A stretch of 64,000 bases of DNA from a virus. This document shows positions 63,410-64,000 of this stretch, in pieces. Position numbers and translations under genes: made by a program. The DNA lies in IMG/VR virus record IMGVR_UViG_3300032235_001069, positions 21,693 to 85,692 of that record; one strand, 5' to 3'. Under the pieces are notes generated by a model. It saw nothing but the letters and a program-made list of their open reading frames with translations, had not been told where the DNA came from and did not search any database. Every line of letters begins with the position of its first letter. Positions within the stretch are counted from its first letter, which is position 1.

Positions 63410-64000
63410 ATGTCAAATATACCTTTCAGATTTTTACAAAGAAGAACGTCTACGTCTGGCAGAACTCCAGATGTAGAAAGCTTACTTAATGGTGAGCTTT
63501 ACGTGCAACTTGCAGATGAAACTATTTATTTTAAAAATGATAAATGTCAATTAGTTTCAGTTGTTACTAGTTCAAGCTTAAATAAATTTGGAACTGGTAG
63601 TTTTATTACTACTGGCATGACAGGAAATTTTGGTGGAAGTGCTAATACTGGAAGTTTGACTGGAATATTCGCTCCAATTGGCAATTACGTTACCGTTAAT
63701 CAAACTGGTAATTTTATAACTACATCAATGACTGGTGGATTTGGTGCGAGCAACGTTGATTTAACGAATTACGTAACGACTGGAAATACTGGCAATTTCT
63801 TAATAATTTCACAAACTGGCGCATTCGCACCAACTGGCGATTACGTTGTCGCTAGTGCAACTGGCAGCTTCGTTACTACGTCTCAAACTGGCGCATTCGC
63901 ACCAACTGGCGATTACGTTGTCGCTAGTGCAACTGGCAGCTTCGTTACTACGTCTCAAACTGGCGCATTCGCACCAACTGGCGATTACGTTGTCGCTAAT
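63410..64000 (+). CDS. Repeat-rich fibre protein (partial, runs off window end)
   Basis: MSNIPFRFLQRRTSTSGRTP...GELYVQLAD; TG.F repeats; open to the end; GTGTAA upstream. Confidence 0.75.
   Translation, partial: MSNIPFRFLQRRTSTSGRTPDVESLLNGELYVQLADETIYFKNDKCQLVSVVTSSSLNKFGTGSFITTGMTGNFGGSANTGSLTGIFAPIGNYVTVNQTGNFITTSMTGGFGASNVDLTNYVTTGNTGNFLIISQTGAFAPTGDYVVASATGSFVTTSQTGAFAPTGDYVVASATGSFVTTSQTGAFAPTGDYVVAN
63812..63998 (+). repeat. 72-bp in-frame tandem repeat (QTGAFAPTGDYVVASATGSFVTTS), at least 2.6 copies
   Basis: Identical units start at 63812, 63884, 63956. Confidence 0.95.

Noticed and set aside
62421-64000. Diversity-generating retroelement target
   Set aside because: There is no reverse transcriptase or TR/VR pair with adenine-specific differences; the repeats are identical and tandem.
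1-64000. Stop-codon reassignment
   Set aside because: Long genes are intact under the standard code, TAA/TAG/TGA all end recognisable genes, and no suppressor tRNA was seen.

Overview
This window is a 64-kb segment of a large, AT-rich tailed dsDNA phage genome using the standard genetic code. The host is plausibly in the PVC group (Verrucomicrobia/Planctomycetes), which is an inference. From left to right it contains: lambda-like tail-tip genes (two gpI-like, gpK, gpL); a long plus-strand accessory and metabolism region (guaC, GH46-like lysin, tRNA cluster with two unexplained structured RNAs, dCMP deaminase, T4-BGT-like glycosyltransferase, spanins, thyX, DenV-like glycosylase, ECF sigma, MoxR/VWA pair, many small ORFs); a palindromic repeat array at 32.3-33.2 kb; an AT-hook gene and ruvB; a minus-strand early region at 35-46 kb; and finally phoH, a sigma-like gene, an intein-containing terminase, portal, protease/scaffold, major capsid and the start of a repeat-rich fibre gene. 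The most striking element is the early region. It is built as an array of promoter + leaderless ORF/tRNA cassettes separated by 10 copies (plus one partial) of a conserved multi-palindrome element. That element has a covarying TTACG hairpin, a GCGTAATAGTTNTTGACA box, and a CCAGGG-N4-CCCTGG palindrome whose core occurs in both orientations. The array is bracketed by ~30-bp inverted repeats and followed by a CATG-dense tract. Also notable are a 200-nt group I intron in a phage tRNA-Ile2(CAU) next to a free-standing HNH gene, and a recurring GTGTAA promoter-like motif 8-9 nt before start codons. All protein calls come from motif recognition by eye; no searches were run.
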